Assembly (NCBI RefSeq): GCF_000143415.4
Contig: NW_003314301.1
Location: 766,961-830,960 of the forward strand
Reading direction: 5' to 3'
Source: Selaginella moellendorffii
Lineage: Eukaryota; Plantae; Lycopodiophyta
DNA length: 64,000 nt
In this document: positions 48,601-60,151 of the stretch, piece by piece
Layout of the letters: every line of letters begins with the position of its first letter
Numbering within the stretch: position 1 is the stretch's first letter
Notes under the pieces: model-generated
Seen by the model: the letters and a program-made list of their open reading frames with translations, nothing else
Database searches by the model: none
Told to the model about the DNA's origin: nothing
Translations under genes and position numbers: made by a program

Positions 48601-49592
48601 GCATGACCAAAATGATAAAGAGTTCATCGGATGGGACCGAGTCTGAGATCGAGTCCAAGACCGACTCTAAGACTGAGTTCGAGATAGAGTCCGGAATCGA
48701 GTCCGAGGCTGACTCGGAGACCGAGTTCAAGACCGAGTTTGAGACGGAGTCCGAGATCCGAAATCGAGTCCGAGACCGAGTCCGAGGTCGAGTCCGAGAT
48801 CGGGTCCGAGATCGAGTCCAAGATCAAGTCCGAGACCAAATCCAAAGTCAGATCTGAGATTGAGTCCGAGATTGAGCCAGAGATTGAGTCCGAGTACTAA
48901 TACGGGTCAAGGGGTGAAAGCCCAAAGTGTGCATCTCCTAGGGGGGGGGGGGGGGGCTGCCGGGGGTTCCAAAAGTATAGTAGGGATAGTGAGGTTTAGG
49001 AACTAGTTTTTGAAGGAACTCTCTAGTGGGGCTTCCAAACTGACTTGAGGTTGAGACTGGGACCGAGGGGCCTTGGGTGGGAGTGATTGGGTGGGAGTGA
49101 GCATGGACTCGATTGGTGCCGGAGGGACCATCCAAGGAAGTGCTCAAGAGCAGCTCCCACTCCCAAAAAGGAAACCGATTGCGGTGCTCCTGGCTCATGT
49201 GGAGTGTGTCAAGAGCCCCAACAAGATCAAGACTGGAAAATGCAAAAGACTAAGAGAAAAGCTAGTGGAAAGAAAGAAGAAGCCTTAGACTGGCGTTGAT
49301 TTAGATTGTGGAGAAATGGAACAAAGCTAACCTATATATACTATAGGTTGATGAAGCTCCACCAGTCTTGGATCAAGGACGGCCTAAATATAACTGAGGT
49401 CGAGGAGGCACCACATCATCATCAGGAATGTGGCTCGAGACTCAGGAATCAGAGACTCAGGAATAGGGAAGTGTCTCAAGAGTCAGGAATAAGGAAGTGT
49501 CTCAAAAGTCAGGAATGTGGTCTGCAGGTCAGGAATCCGGTGAGAGTCAGGAATGTAGCAAGAATTGGGGGATTTCTGACAGCACTCCCTCC

Positions 49593-52500
49593 TCAAGAAC
49601 GAGTGAAACGAGGATGTGAACGAGAACGACGAGGAGGATGTGATGAGCGGCGAGGGATGGGAGATGGAGAAAAAGAATGAGGACTGGGATGAGAAGGATA
49701 GCGGTGGTGGAAGTCCTGAACAAGGTCAGGAGAATGAATCAGTTTGTCCGCAGGTTTCCAAGTGCGTTCCTCAGGTCCGTAACCCTTCCAGTCGACCAGA
49801 TAGTAGAGTTTAGACCGTGAAATCTTGGAATCAAGGATGTCCTGAACCTCGTACTCAGACTCATCCTCGAGTTGCACTGGTGGAGGTGGAGAAATGACCC
49901 GATTTGGAATAGGACTGGGAATATAAGGCTCAAGGAGAGAGGAGTGAAAAACGGGGTGAATTTGATATGAGGAGGGAAGTGCAAGGCGATAAGTGACAGG
50001 ATTAATGATGGCAGTGATAGGGAAAGGACCGAGGCGTTTGAAATCAAGTTTTGGACAAGGCCTGGTGGTGGAGATATTTGTCCTGAGGAGCCAAACTTTA
50101 TCCCCGATATTGTAAGAGGAACAATCCTGACGATGGACATTGGCAAATGTTTTGTGAGATTCCTGAGCACGATGGAGGTGGAAGGAGATGGAGTTGTGGA
50201 TTTCCTGGAGGTTGGAGACAAATTCCTCAGAGCGGGGATTTGAATGAGAGGATTCGGATGGAGAAGGAAGTGAGAGATTGAATCGGGGATTTCGGCCAGA
50301 GTTCGCAAAGAAAGGGGAAATTCGAAGAGAGGAGTGAATAGAGTTGTTATAGGAGAACTCAGCAAGGGGAAGGATATCGAACCAATTATCCTGATGATAG
50401 TTGATGAAGCACCTTAAGAATTGTTCCAACGTCTAAATCGTTCGCTCGAACTATCCATCAGTTTGAGGATGATACGCTGAAGAGAGGTTGGCCTTCACTC
50501 CAAACAGCTGCAAAAACCGTTGCCAGAAATGAGAGATGAACTGAGGCCCTTGATCTGAAACCACATCTGTAAGAATCCTATGAAGTCAGAAAATTTCCCT
50601 GAATACCAGTTTTGCCATGTCCTCCCCCGAAAACTCGTTGGTACATGGCAAGAAGTGCGCCATCTTTGTGAAGTGATCCACCACAACTAAAATGCTGTTG
50701 AAGCCTTCAGAACTCGGAAGATCACTCAAGAAATCCATGGAGATGGATTCCCAAGGACCTAAAGGGACCGGGAGGGAACAAAGCAAACCTAAAGGAAGGT
50801 GGCGAGGTACCTTATTCCGGGCACAAGTGTCACAGGAGGTAACAAAAGCTTTGATGTAGTCATCCATGTGAGGCCACCAAAAGTCCTGTGCAACTAGCTC
50901 ATAGGTTTTCACAATGCCGAAGTGACCAGCAGTCGGGCTATCGTGGCATGCCATCAGGACCAATCTTTGAGCATCACCTTCAGGAACGTAAAGCTGCTCC
51001 CCACGGTACAATAAGCCATCTAAGAACTCAAACTCGTCAAATTGCCAGCAATCGGGAGTCACTGGGTGTCCAGCCTGAAGATGGGGGAAAATATCGCTGG
51101 CGAGATCATCGGATTGAAGATCATTTCTGATCGCATCCATCAAGGAGGAGTCCTGAGGGGCCAGGGAAATTGCCATAACTTGAAGCCGATCAGGACCAAG
51201 AATAACTTGATCCTGTTGATCGAAGGCAGGATTACCAGGCCTGAGATTAAGATAGGAGCGCCTTGAAAGAGCATCAGGAAAGCCTTGAAGCTTTCCAGGT
51301 CTGTACTTGATAACAAAGTCAAACCGACTCAGGAATTGTGCCCACCTTGCTTGACGACGGCTTAAAACTCGGGAAGTGGCAAAGTACTCAAGATTTTTGT
51401 GATCCGTCCAGACTGTTGTTTGATGGCCTGCCCCTTCCAAGAAACAGCGCCACTCTCCAAAGGATCCACGATGGCAAGGAGCTCCTTGTCGTGGATTTCG
51501 TTATTGATCTCCGCAGGCTGGAATTTCCGAGAATGGAAAGCGACCGGATGAAGTTCTTGATCCGCTCCGAGTTGAGACAGCACAACACCGATGGCAAAGT
51601 TGGAGGCGTCAGCCTCGATGAAGAAAGGTTGTGAGGAATCAGCATGGATCAAGACGGGAGCAGAACTGAAGGCCACCTTGAGTGTGTCGAAGGCCTACTG
51701 GGCAGCAGCAGACCAAGAGAAGGGAACATCCTTGCGAGTGAGATGCGTGAGAGGAAGGACAATGTCAGAGTAGTGATTAATGAATTTGCAGTAGAAGTTG
51801 GCGAAGCCAAGGAAAACCTAAATGTCCGACATTGATTGTGGAGACTCCCATTCGAGAATAGTCTTGACTTTGGCAGGATCCATCGTGATACCCTCAGGAG
51901 TGACAATGTACCCAAGGAACTCCACAGACTGTTGATTGAAGGAACATTTCTCAAGCTTCGCGTATAGGCCGTGTTCTTCCAGCTTCGCCAACACCTTGCA
52001 TACATGTTCATCGTGCTCCTCCTGAGTTTTTGAGTAGATAAGGATGTCATCGAGGTAGACGATCACCATCTGATCAAGAAACTCCCAAAAGACGTCATTC
52101 GCCATGTGTTGGAAAACTGCTGGAGCATTTGTCAAGCTAAATGGCATGACAGTGTACTCGAAGTGGCCATAGCGGGTTCAGAATGCAGTCTTCCATTCAT
52201 CACCAGGCCAGATCTAGATCAGGTTGTATGCTCCACGGAGGTCGATCTTGGTGAAGAAGCGGGCACTGCCGAGGCGTTCCAATAGGTCTGAGATCAGGGG
52301 CAGCGGATAACGGTTCCGAACAGTCACCTTGTTCAAACCTCGGTAGTCGATGACTAGCCACAAACTCCCATCCTTCTTCTTGAAAAAGAAGACAGGCGCT
52401 CCAACCGGGGACTACGAATGCTGAATGTACCCCGATGCAAGGTTCTCATCCACATACTCTTTGAGGGCCTTAAGCTCAGACGGGGATAACCCATAGATAG

Positions 52501-54309
52501 GCCCCCACGGAGGTGACACTCCTTCCTGTAAATCAATGGGACAGTCATAAGGCCAATAAATAGGCAATACACTAGCTTTTTTCTTGTCAAACACATCCCC
52601 AAAATCATGATGCTTCTCAGGAAGACTGACAGGAGAAACATGCAAAGAAAAAAGCAAAATAGGTTCTTCATGAAGGAGTTCTTTCATAGTGATTGTGGAG
52701 AAAGAAGGAGGTGTATGACTAAATGGAATGATGAGACGAGGATACTGTCCAGTGTAAGATGGAAGAGAGGAAAAAAAAGAGGGTGAAAACTTCGTAGAGT
52801 CAGGAATAGAACCCCGATTTGAGTTTAGGGAACTTTTCTTGATTCGGACTCGATGAACAGCAGGGGAAGCCGTGGGAGATGGTGATGTGGGAGAGATGAG
52901 CTGTAATTCCTTCCAACAGATCTGAGGCTGATGTAGTTGGAACCAAGGAAGACCGAGCACCACAGAGGAGGACTTGCTGTTGATGATGTTGAAGGTGATA
53001 TCAGTGACGGTGGACCCGATGTGTACTCGAACAGGCAACATTTCCCTAAGTCCAAAAGATGGAGACACAAAATGCCCGCTGATGCCTTCAACCCTTAGAT
53101 CCCGTATAGTAGGAGAAAGAGGAACGTGATGTCGGGCAGCAAAGTCCGTGTCCATGAAGCAGAAAGTTGCACCCGAGTCCAGTAGCTCCAGAGCCTTGAG
53201 TCCTGATTTTCCGGTGAAAGAAAGGAGACATGGGATGCGGAAGTTGCGGGAATTGGTGGTGGCTTTGATGAAAGGTGGTGAGGAGCTTGATAAAGAAGAA
53301 AAGTGATTTTTATTCGGGGAGTCCAAACAAACAGCTCCTACTCTGTTTGGACAGGGTCGTTTCCCGACTGCAATAGAGGTGGACTTTGAGGCAGAGTGAA
53401 CTCGAGCAGTCGAGGAAGCTTCTTGGGACATACAGCTGCTTTGTGATTAGGATCAGCACAATAGAGGCAAAGATTATGAGATATTCGACGTTGCTTCTCA
53501 GCAGGACTCAACTTCCCTCTAATGAGTCGGGGAGTACCAGAAATATCCATCGGAACCGGAGCAGTAGGTTCAGGAGTATGCCCCGAAGACTCAAGCTGGG
53601 ATTCCTGAGTCTGGGACGGAAAAACAGCGGCACGGCGACTTTCCTGACGACGTTCAAAGAGACGATTGTCACATTGAACAGCTTTGTTGATGGCATCCAA
53701 CAGGTCCTTGGGATCCTCCATAGTGAGCAACAAATCCTTGACACCGTTGTTGAGGCCGAAACGAAATTGGTCAATCAGGGCCCGCTCATCCCACTAAGTG
53801 TCCAAAGCAAGGAGTTGGAACTCTGCAGTGTAGATCGAGGCAGGACGAGACCCCTGAGAGAGACGTCTCATCTTTGTGGTAGCAGCCCGAACCCGATCCG
53901 TCTCGCCAAAACATGCTTCGAGCTTCTCTTTGAACAATTGAAGATCCATCAGCTCTGGAACCACGACCCCTTTCATGCTCTTCTCCAGAAGAGGAGAAAA
54001 CCATGACAAAGCTGCACCTTCAAGCAACGTCCCAATCGCGCCAATTTGAGACTCGGGAGTATGGTACCGCCGATGTTGAAGTGCGAAGATCAACTCCATC
54101 TGGTTCAGGAATCCGCGAAGCTCCGAACGCTTGCCTAAAAATTTCGCCAGGAAGCTCACCTTCGGTTCAGGAACTTTGCTGGATCCTTGAGCCGAAAGTG
54201 AAGCAAGCTCCTGCTGCATGCAAAGAAGGGTCGCCTTCAGCTCGGTATTCTCAGACTGGATTTTTGCAAGGACTTCAACAAAGAAATCAGGATGGCTTGG
54301 AGACTCCAT
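49593..54309 (-). pseudogene. gag and pol of element 4 (PEG10/RTL1-like Gag, CCHC, PR, RT, RNase H, IN, chromodomain)
   Basis: [79 protein letters not shown]. Several stops and frameshifts. Confidence 0.93.
53316..53365 (-). promoter_or_regulatory. -1 ribosomal frameshift signal (G GGA AAC plus downstream stem)
   Basis: Heptamer 53365-53359 is in gag codon phase and pol is in the -1 frame. 6-nt spacer, then a 9-bp stem GTCCAAACA/TGTTTGGAC. Confidence 0.8.
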
Positions 54310-54386
54310 TGGCAAGAAGAAAGAAAAAGGGGGAAAAAGACAAAGGCAATCAAACAATCGAAACGAGCTAAAGCAAAAGCAAAAAA

Positions 54387-54401
54387 CACAATCTGAATCA
54401 A
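54387..54401 (-). promoter_or_regulatory. Self-priming primer-binding site (complementary to LTR R region 54493-54507)
   Basis: Perfect 15-nt inverted match. No TGG tRNA-type PBS at this position. Confidence 0.78.
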
Positions 54402-55341
54402 ACTGTCAAGACCCCTAACAAGATCAAGACTGGAAAATGCAAAAGACAAAGAGAAAAGCTAGTGGAAAGAAAGAAGAACCCTTAGACTAGTGTTGATTCA
54501 GATTGTGGAGAAATGGAAGAAAGCTAACTTATATATACTATAGGTTGATGAAGCTCCACCGCTCTTGGATCGAGGACAGCCTAAATATAGCTGAGGTCGA
54601 GGAGGCACCACATCATCATCAGGAATGTGGCTCGAGACTCAAGAATCAAAGAGCCAGGAATAGGGAAGTGTCTCGAGAGTCAGGAATAAGGAAGTGTCTC
54701 AAGAGTCAGGAATATGGTCTGTACGTCAGGAATCTGGTGAGAGTCAGGAATGTAGCAAGAATTGGGGGATTCCTGACAGAGTGGTGCCCCACTTGAGTAC
54801 CATATGGCTCATTGGTCCTTGCCCTTCCTAAGGGCTTGGGCCTTCCTTCAGGATGGAAGTGGGGGGGTAGAGGTACCCATACCGGGTTGTTAGGCCACGG
54901 TGTTTCGCCCTGGCGTCCCGAAGCAAGTGTTGCACCCAAAACTTGGGATTTAGAGGGTCCCATGATCAAGTCTTGTGGTACTAAGGGGTGTTAGGAACCT
55001 GGAGGCTTGGTGTGCTTGGCTGCTTGTGCCTGCGGGGAGTGTAGCCGAACCTTAAGTCCAGTCTAACCTGGGGAGCGGGATTGGGAGGGATTTGGGAATC
55101 CGTGGATGGATGGCTAACACTCCGTTGCTCGTGTAGTGAGTAGCTAAAACCAAGTTGGACCAAGTAGGAGCTGGTACCATAGGCGAGAACCTTGGCAAGG
55201 GAACTTAGAAAAAGCCAAGGCAGTGTTGGACGGATAGACGAGGTAAGCTGGGAAATTGGAAAGGAAAAATTTGTGGCTTACAATTTGGTATCGGAGCCTT
55301 TTCCTCAATTCTAGCGAAGGATAGAGGTGGATTGCTGGGAG

Positions 55342-58300
55342 ATGGCAAAGGCAGGGCAGAAGCGAACCAAGGCAGGAACGAAACCTCCTGCAGAGCTAGA
55401 GCCTCCGGTCGAACAAGAGGCTATGGATGAGGAATCCTTGCATGAGGATGACTCCTGTGAGGAAACTTCCAAACAGGAGTCTGGTGGCGAGGTTCGGTCG
55501 TCTAAGGCTCGATTGGACGTTCTAGAAGGACAGTTGGCACAGACCAATGCCCTGCTGGAGACTCTCGTACGCAAACTAAAGCGTGATGAGAAGCGGAAGA
55601 AAAAGCGAAAGACTATGGATGCTGGCAGCGCAGAAGGTGCGGACCCTTCAATAGGGACTAAGGCAGAACCAAACAAGGTCGAACAGACAAAAGTGGAATC
55701 AGTCCCTCAGGCAGTTCCCAAGTACAAACCAGAGCCCCCACCGGTCTTCAAGGGAGTGAATGACTATAAGGTGGTGGAGGATTGGTTTTACGATATGGAA
55801 GACTACTTCCAAGCGTTGCGATTACTGAGCTCGGAGAAGGTCCCATGTGCAAAACCATACTTGGCAGATAATGCCAAATCTTGGTGGAGAACGACGGAGG
55901 CCAACGAAGGACCGGTGGCCACTTGGGACATGATGAAGGCAAGGATCTGCACGACTTACGTTCCTCCGAATGCTACTCTGCATCTAAGAGACGAGCTGAG
56001 TAGGCTGAAGCAGACCGGAACCATTTAGGAGTATGTGAATGGGTTTATGGCAAAGAGGATACTTGTCACAGACATGGGGGATATGGATGCGTTCCATGCC
56101 TTCATATCGGGCTTGCAAACCTAGGCTCGCGGCGAGGTGATGCGTTGGAACCTGACCAATTACAAAGAAGCGTTGGATGCGGCTATCAAGGTGCATTTCA
56201 ACGATAACTTGCGAAAGGGGAACACGACGGAGTCAGGGTCCACATTTAACAAAGGGGCCAAACCGAGGGGAACATATAGCAAGGGGAAATGCAAGAAGAG
56301 TTTCTCTAAGAATGAGTCCTTGGGGTTCTGGAAAGGCAAATCCGGTGGCCAGCGAGCAAGTACGTGGGCGAGTCAAGCAAAAAGAGACAAACCCATGGAT
56401 AAGAAGGTCAAGTCGTTTAGCAGCGTGGGAAACAACGTATGCTACAACTGCGGTGAAGTGGGACACTTTTCGAGGGAATGTCCCTACCCGAAGAAGGCTA
56501 GAGCCAATATGGCCATTAAATCGGGTGAAGTCCACACTGAGGTATGTGATCCAGTCCCTAACTCAAAGTTACTCATTACACGAGCAACTTTGGTAGAGAG
56601 TCGTTCACGACATCTACTAGCCCTCCGAGGGAAACTTGGAGGTAGCCTTGTTAAGATCCTTATTGACACGGGTGCTTCGGATAATTTTGTGGCTGCAGAC
56701 ATAGTCCAGCAAGCCGGACTAACGGTGCAGCAGCTAGGCGAACCAAGGACTATAGAGTTTGTTCAAGGTAGCCAAAGCACCGATGAGGTACTTCGACAAG
56801 CGAGAGTCGAAGTAAGGACTTGGAAAGTAAACATGGATTTCACTGTGTTGGAAATGGCGGGATTTGACATGATTTTCAGGATGGATTGGTTCAATCGATT
56901 CGTGGTAGCCCTGCATGGACAAGGTAGGAACCTTGTGGTACTAGTGAATGCCCAAGGAAGAAGATCCAGGGTGGAGGCCTAGGATTTAAAGGTAGGGCAA
57001 TGCAAGGCCAAAGATTCGTGCCTAAACCTGGTGTCCACGAGAGGACAACTCACTAAAGGGACAAAGGTTGCATTTTTGTGTTTACTCTCGGTGAGAAATG
57101 ACAAAAAGATAGGAACGGAAGAAGTACCTTTAGTGATCCAGCAGGTGTTGGACCAATTCCAGGATACCATGCCGGAGGAGCTACCGGCGGGGTTGCCCCC
57201 CGCACGACCGATAGAACATAAGATTGAGCTGGTCGAGGGTGCTGAGGCGGTGGTTTGTCCACCCTATCCTTTGAACGAAAAAGAACTCACGGAGCTCAAG
57301 TGCCAACTAGAGGAGTTAGTGGACAAAGGGTATGTTAGGTTGAGCAAATCGCCGTATGGGGTGCCGGTGCTATTTGTGAAAAAGAAAGATGGATCTATGC
57401 GCATGTGCATAGACTACCAGTTGCTCAACAAATATACAAAGAAGAATAAGTACCCTTTGCCAAGGATTGAAGACCTGTTCGATAGATTGGGAAAGGCAAA
57501 ATACTTCTCGAGGATTGACCTAAGGTCAAGATACTACCAGATCAGGGTAGCAGAGGAAGATGTCAAAAAGACAACCTGTTAAACGAGGTATGGGAGCTTC
57601 GAGTTTTTGGTGATGCCCTTCGGGCTATGCAATGCGCTGGCAATGTTTTCGGTGTTGATGAACCATATCTTTGTACCCTATCTAGATCACTTTGTAGTCG
57701 TCTATATTGACGACATCCTAATCTATAGCGAAACGCTAAAAGAGCATGCCAAACACTTGACGAAGGTGTTTGAGAAACTAAGGGAACGCCAGCTGTATGC
57801 TAAAGAGAGCAAATGTGACTTTGCTCAGCAAGAGGTAAAGTTTCTCGGGCATGTGGTGGGCAAGGACAGGCTCAAGGTGGACCCTGAGAAGGTCCAAGCA
57901 ATCCAGGATTGGGAGTGACCATCGAATGTACACGAGTTAAGGGCATTCTTGGGGCTATGCAACTACTATTGAAAGTTTATTAGACACTATTTGAGAGTAG
58001 CCCTGCCTTTAATGGACCAAACGGGAAAAGGGAAGATGGTATGGACAGCGGAATGCGAGGCGGCATTCGTCCACCTCAAGGGGAAGTTGAGGAAGGCTCC
58101 CATGTTGGCGTTACTAGACTTTGGTAAAGACTTTGAGGTAGAAACAGATGCTTCAGACTTTGCGTTGGGCGCAGTTTTGAAGCAAGACAACCACCAAGTA
58201 GCGTTCTTCTTGAAGAAGTTGGACAAGGCTCAATGGAAGTGGCCTGCCCATGAGAACGAATTGTTTGCAGTGGTCGAGGCGCTCAAGGAGTGGTGACACT

Positions 58301-60151
58301 ACCTTGGGAGACACTTCAAGGTTTACACGGACAATGTGGCAACGAAACACTTCTTGTCACAGCCTAATCTGAGGGGAAAACAAGGTCGGTGGGCCAATGC
58401 TTTGGCCAAGTTTGATTGCGAGATTCTATACAAGCCTGACCACTTCTTTGCATGCTTGAGCACCATGCAACATGAAGATAGCTTCTTCGTGGTAGATGCA
58501 CTAAGTCGAAAAGTGAGCTTGAAGTTGGCGATATCCAGCACAACAGCAACCTTTTGGGATGATGTGCGAACCGCATACAAGAACGATGGTCTAGCACAAG
58601 AAGTGTTGCTAAGGAATCTAGAGGCACGAGAAGCTCACTAGAGAGGTGAGCTGCCAATGGAAGAGAAAACGGGCTATGCGGAACGCAACGGACTCATATA
58701 CTACAAGCAAACGAGGGTGTATGTTTCAGAAGGGGAACTAAGGAAGGTAGCTTTAGAAGAGTGTCATGACGGACCTCTTGCGGGACACAGTGCAGTGCCC
58801 AAGACAATGGGCTTACTCAAGAGGAAGTACCACTAGCTAGATATGGCTAAGGACATCCAAGACTATGTAAAGACATGTCCAACATGTCAGCAAGTCAAAG
58901 CCGTGACTAAGGCTAGTGGAGGCTTGTTACAAAGCATCCCAATTCCAGATCGTCTGTGGAAATGTCTTACGATAGACTTCATCACGGGACTCCCTCCAAG
59001 CGAGGGGTTCGATGCGATATTAGTGGTGGTGGATCGATTTTCGAAGATGGCACATTTCATACCCACCACAACAGAAGTGGATGCGGAAGGTGTGGTGAAA
59101 CTGTTCTTCAAACAAGTGGTTCGAGTGTGGGGAAGGCCAGAAGATATTATCTCAGATCGAGATAAGATCTTCACCAATAGAGTTCTGGAGAACAATCCTA
59201 GAACAGTATCGCACCAAGCTGAAATTCAACACAGCCTATCACCCATAGACAGGTAATGGGTATTAAGTCAAGATTGATGGCACTGACACTTCTTGACAGA
59301 CGGACAAATGGAAAGGGTGAATAGGCAGCTGGAGGATTATTTGCGATGCTATGTCTCGGGAGACCAGACCGATTGGGTAAGTCATTTGGGACTTGCGGAA
59401 ATGTGTTATAACAACTCACCACATTCGAGCATCGGGGTGAATCCATAGGAAGTCATCAATGGGCGAGCTATTGAAGGTCTTGTGGAACTCGGCGTGGCCG
59501 AGTATCATGGAGAGTTACTTGCAGTGGAGGCATTCACGGCAGAAAGACTCAACATTTGGAATTTAGTGAGGGATTCCTTGGAACGGGCTCAACAAAGGCA
59601 AACCAAGTATGCAAACCTGAAGCACTGGGATGTAGAGTTCCAAGCTGGGGAGAAGGTGTGGCTGAACACCAAGAACTTCAGGCTACCAAGTGGGATCAGC
59701 CGGAAGTTGACCCAAAGGTAAAAATGCATGTATTCCTGTAAATGAATTGATCTTGAGTTCCTTAAGCAGGTTCGCGAGGCCTTATGAGATTGAGGCTCAA
59801 ATTGGTAAAGTGGCTTACCGTCTCCGACTTCCTCGAGAGATGGGGAAGATGCACCCCGTGTTCCACGTGAACTTACTCAAGCCGTATTTTGAGGATCCGC
59901 TTCGCAAGGACCAAGTAAGACCTTTACCTGAGGTTATCCAAAGGGAAGAAGAATACGAAGTCGAGGCCATCCTCAATGCACGCAAGAGCAAGCGACAAGG
60001 ACGTGAGGTGAAAGAGTTCTATATGAAGTGGAAAGGATTTCCACATTGCGAAGCAACATGGGAACCAGAGGAGAACCTAGCAAACGCGCGAGATCTAGTG
60101 GAGGAATTTCTGCAAGGCAGAACTTTATGTACTTATGCAAAGTTCAATTAA
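55342..60151 (+). pseudogene. gag-pol of element 3 (Gag, CCHC, PR, RT, RNase H, IN, chromodomain)
   Basis: [69 protein letters not shown]. Several stops. Two GT-AG inserts in IN. Confidence 0.93.

Larger units (their letters stand above)
49207..54778 (-). mobile_element. sushi/Tcn1-like chromovirus (element 4) nested in the 5' LTR of element 3
   Basis: 375-bp LTRs 49207-49581 and 54404-54778. TSD GAGTG (49202-49206, 54779-54783). Empty site in the sister LTR at ~61186-61197. PPT GAGGAGGGAG next to 49581. Confidence 0.96.
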
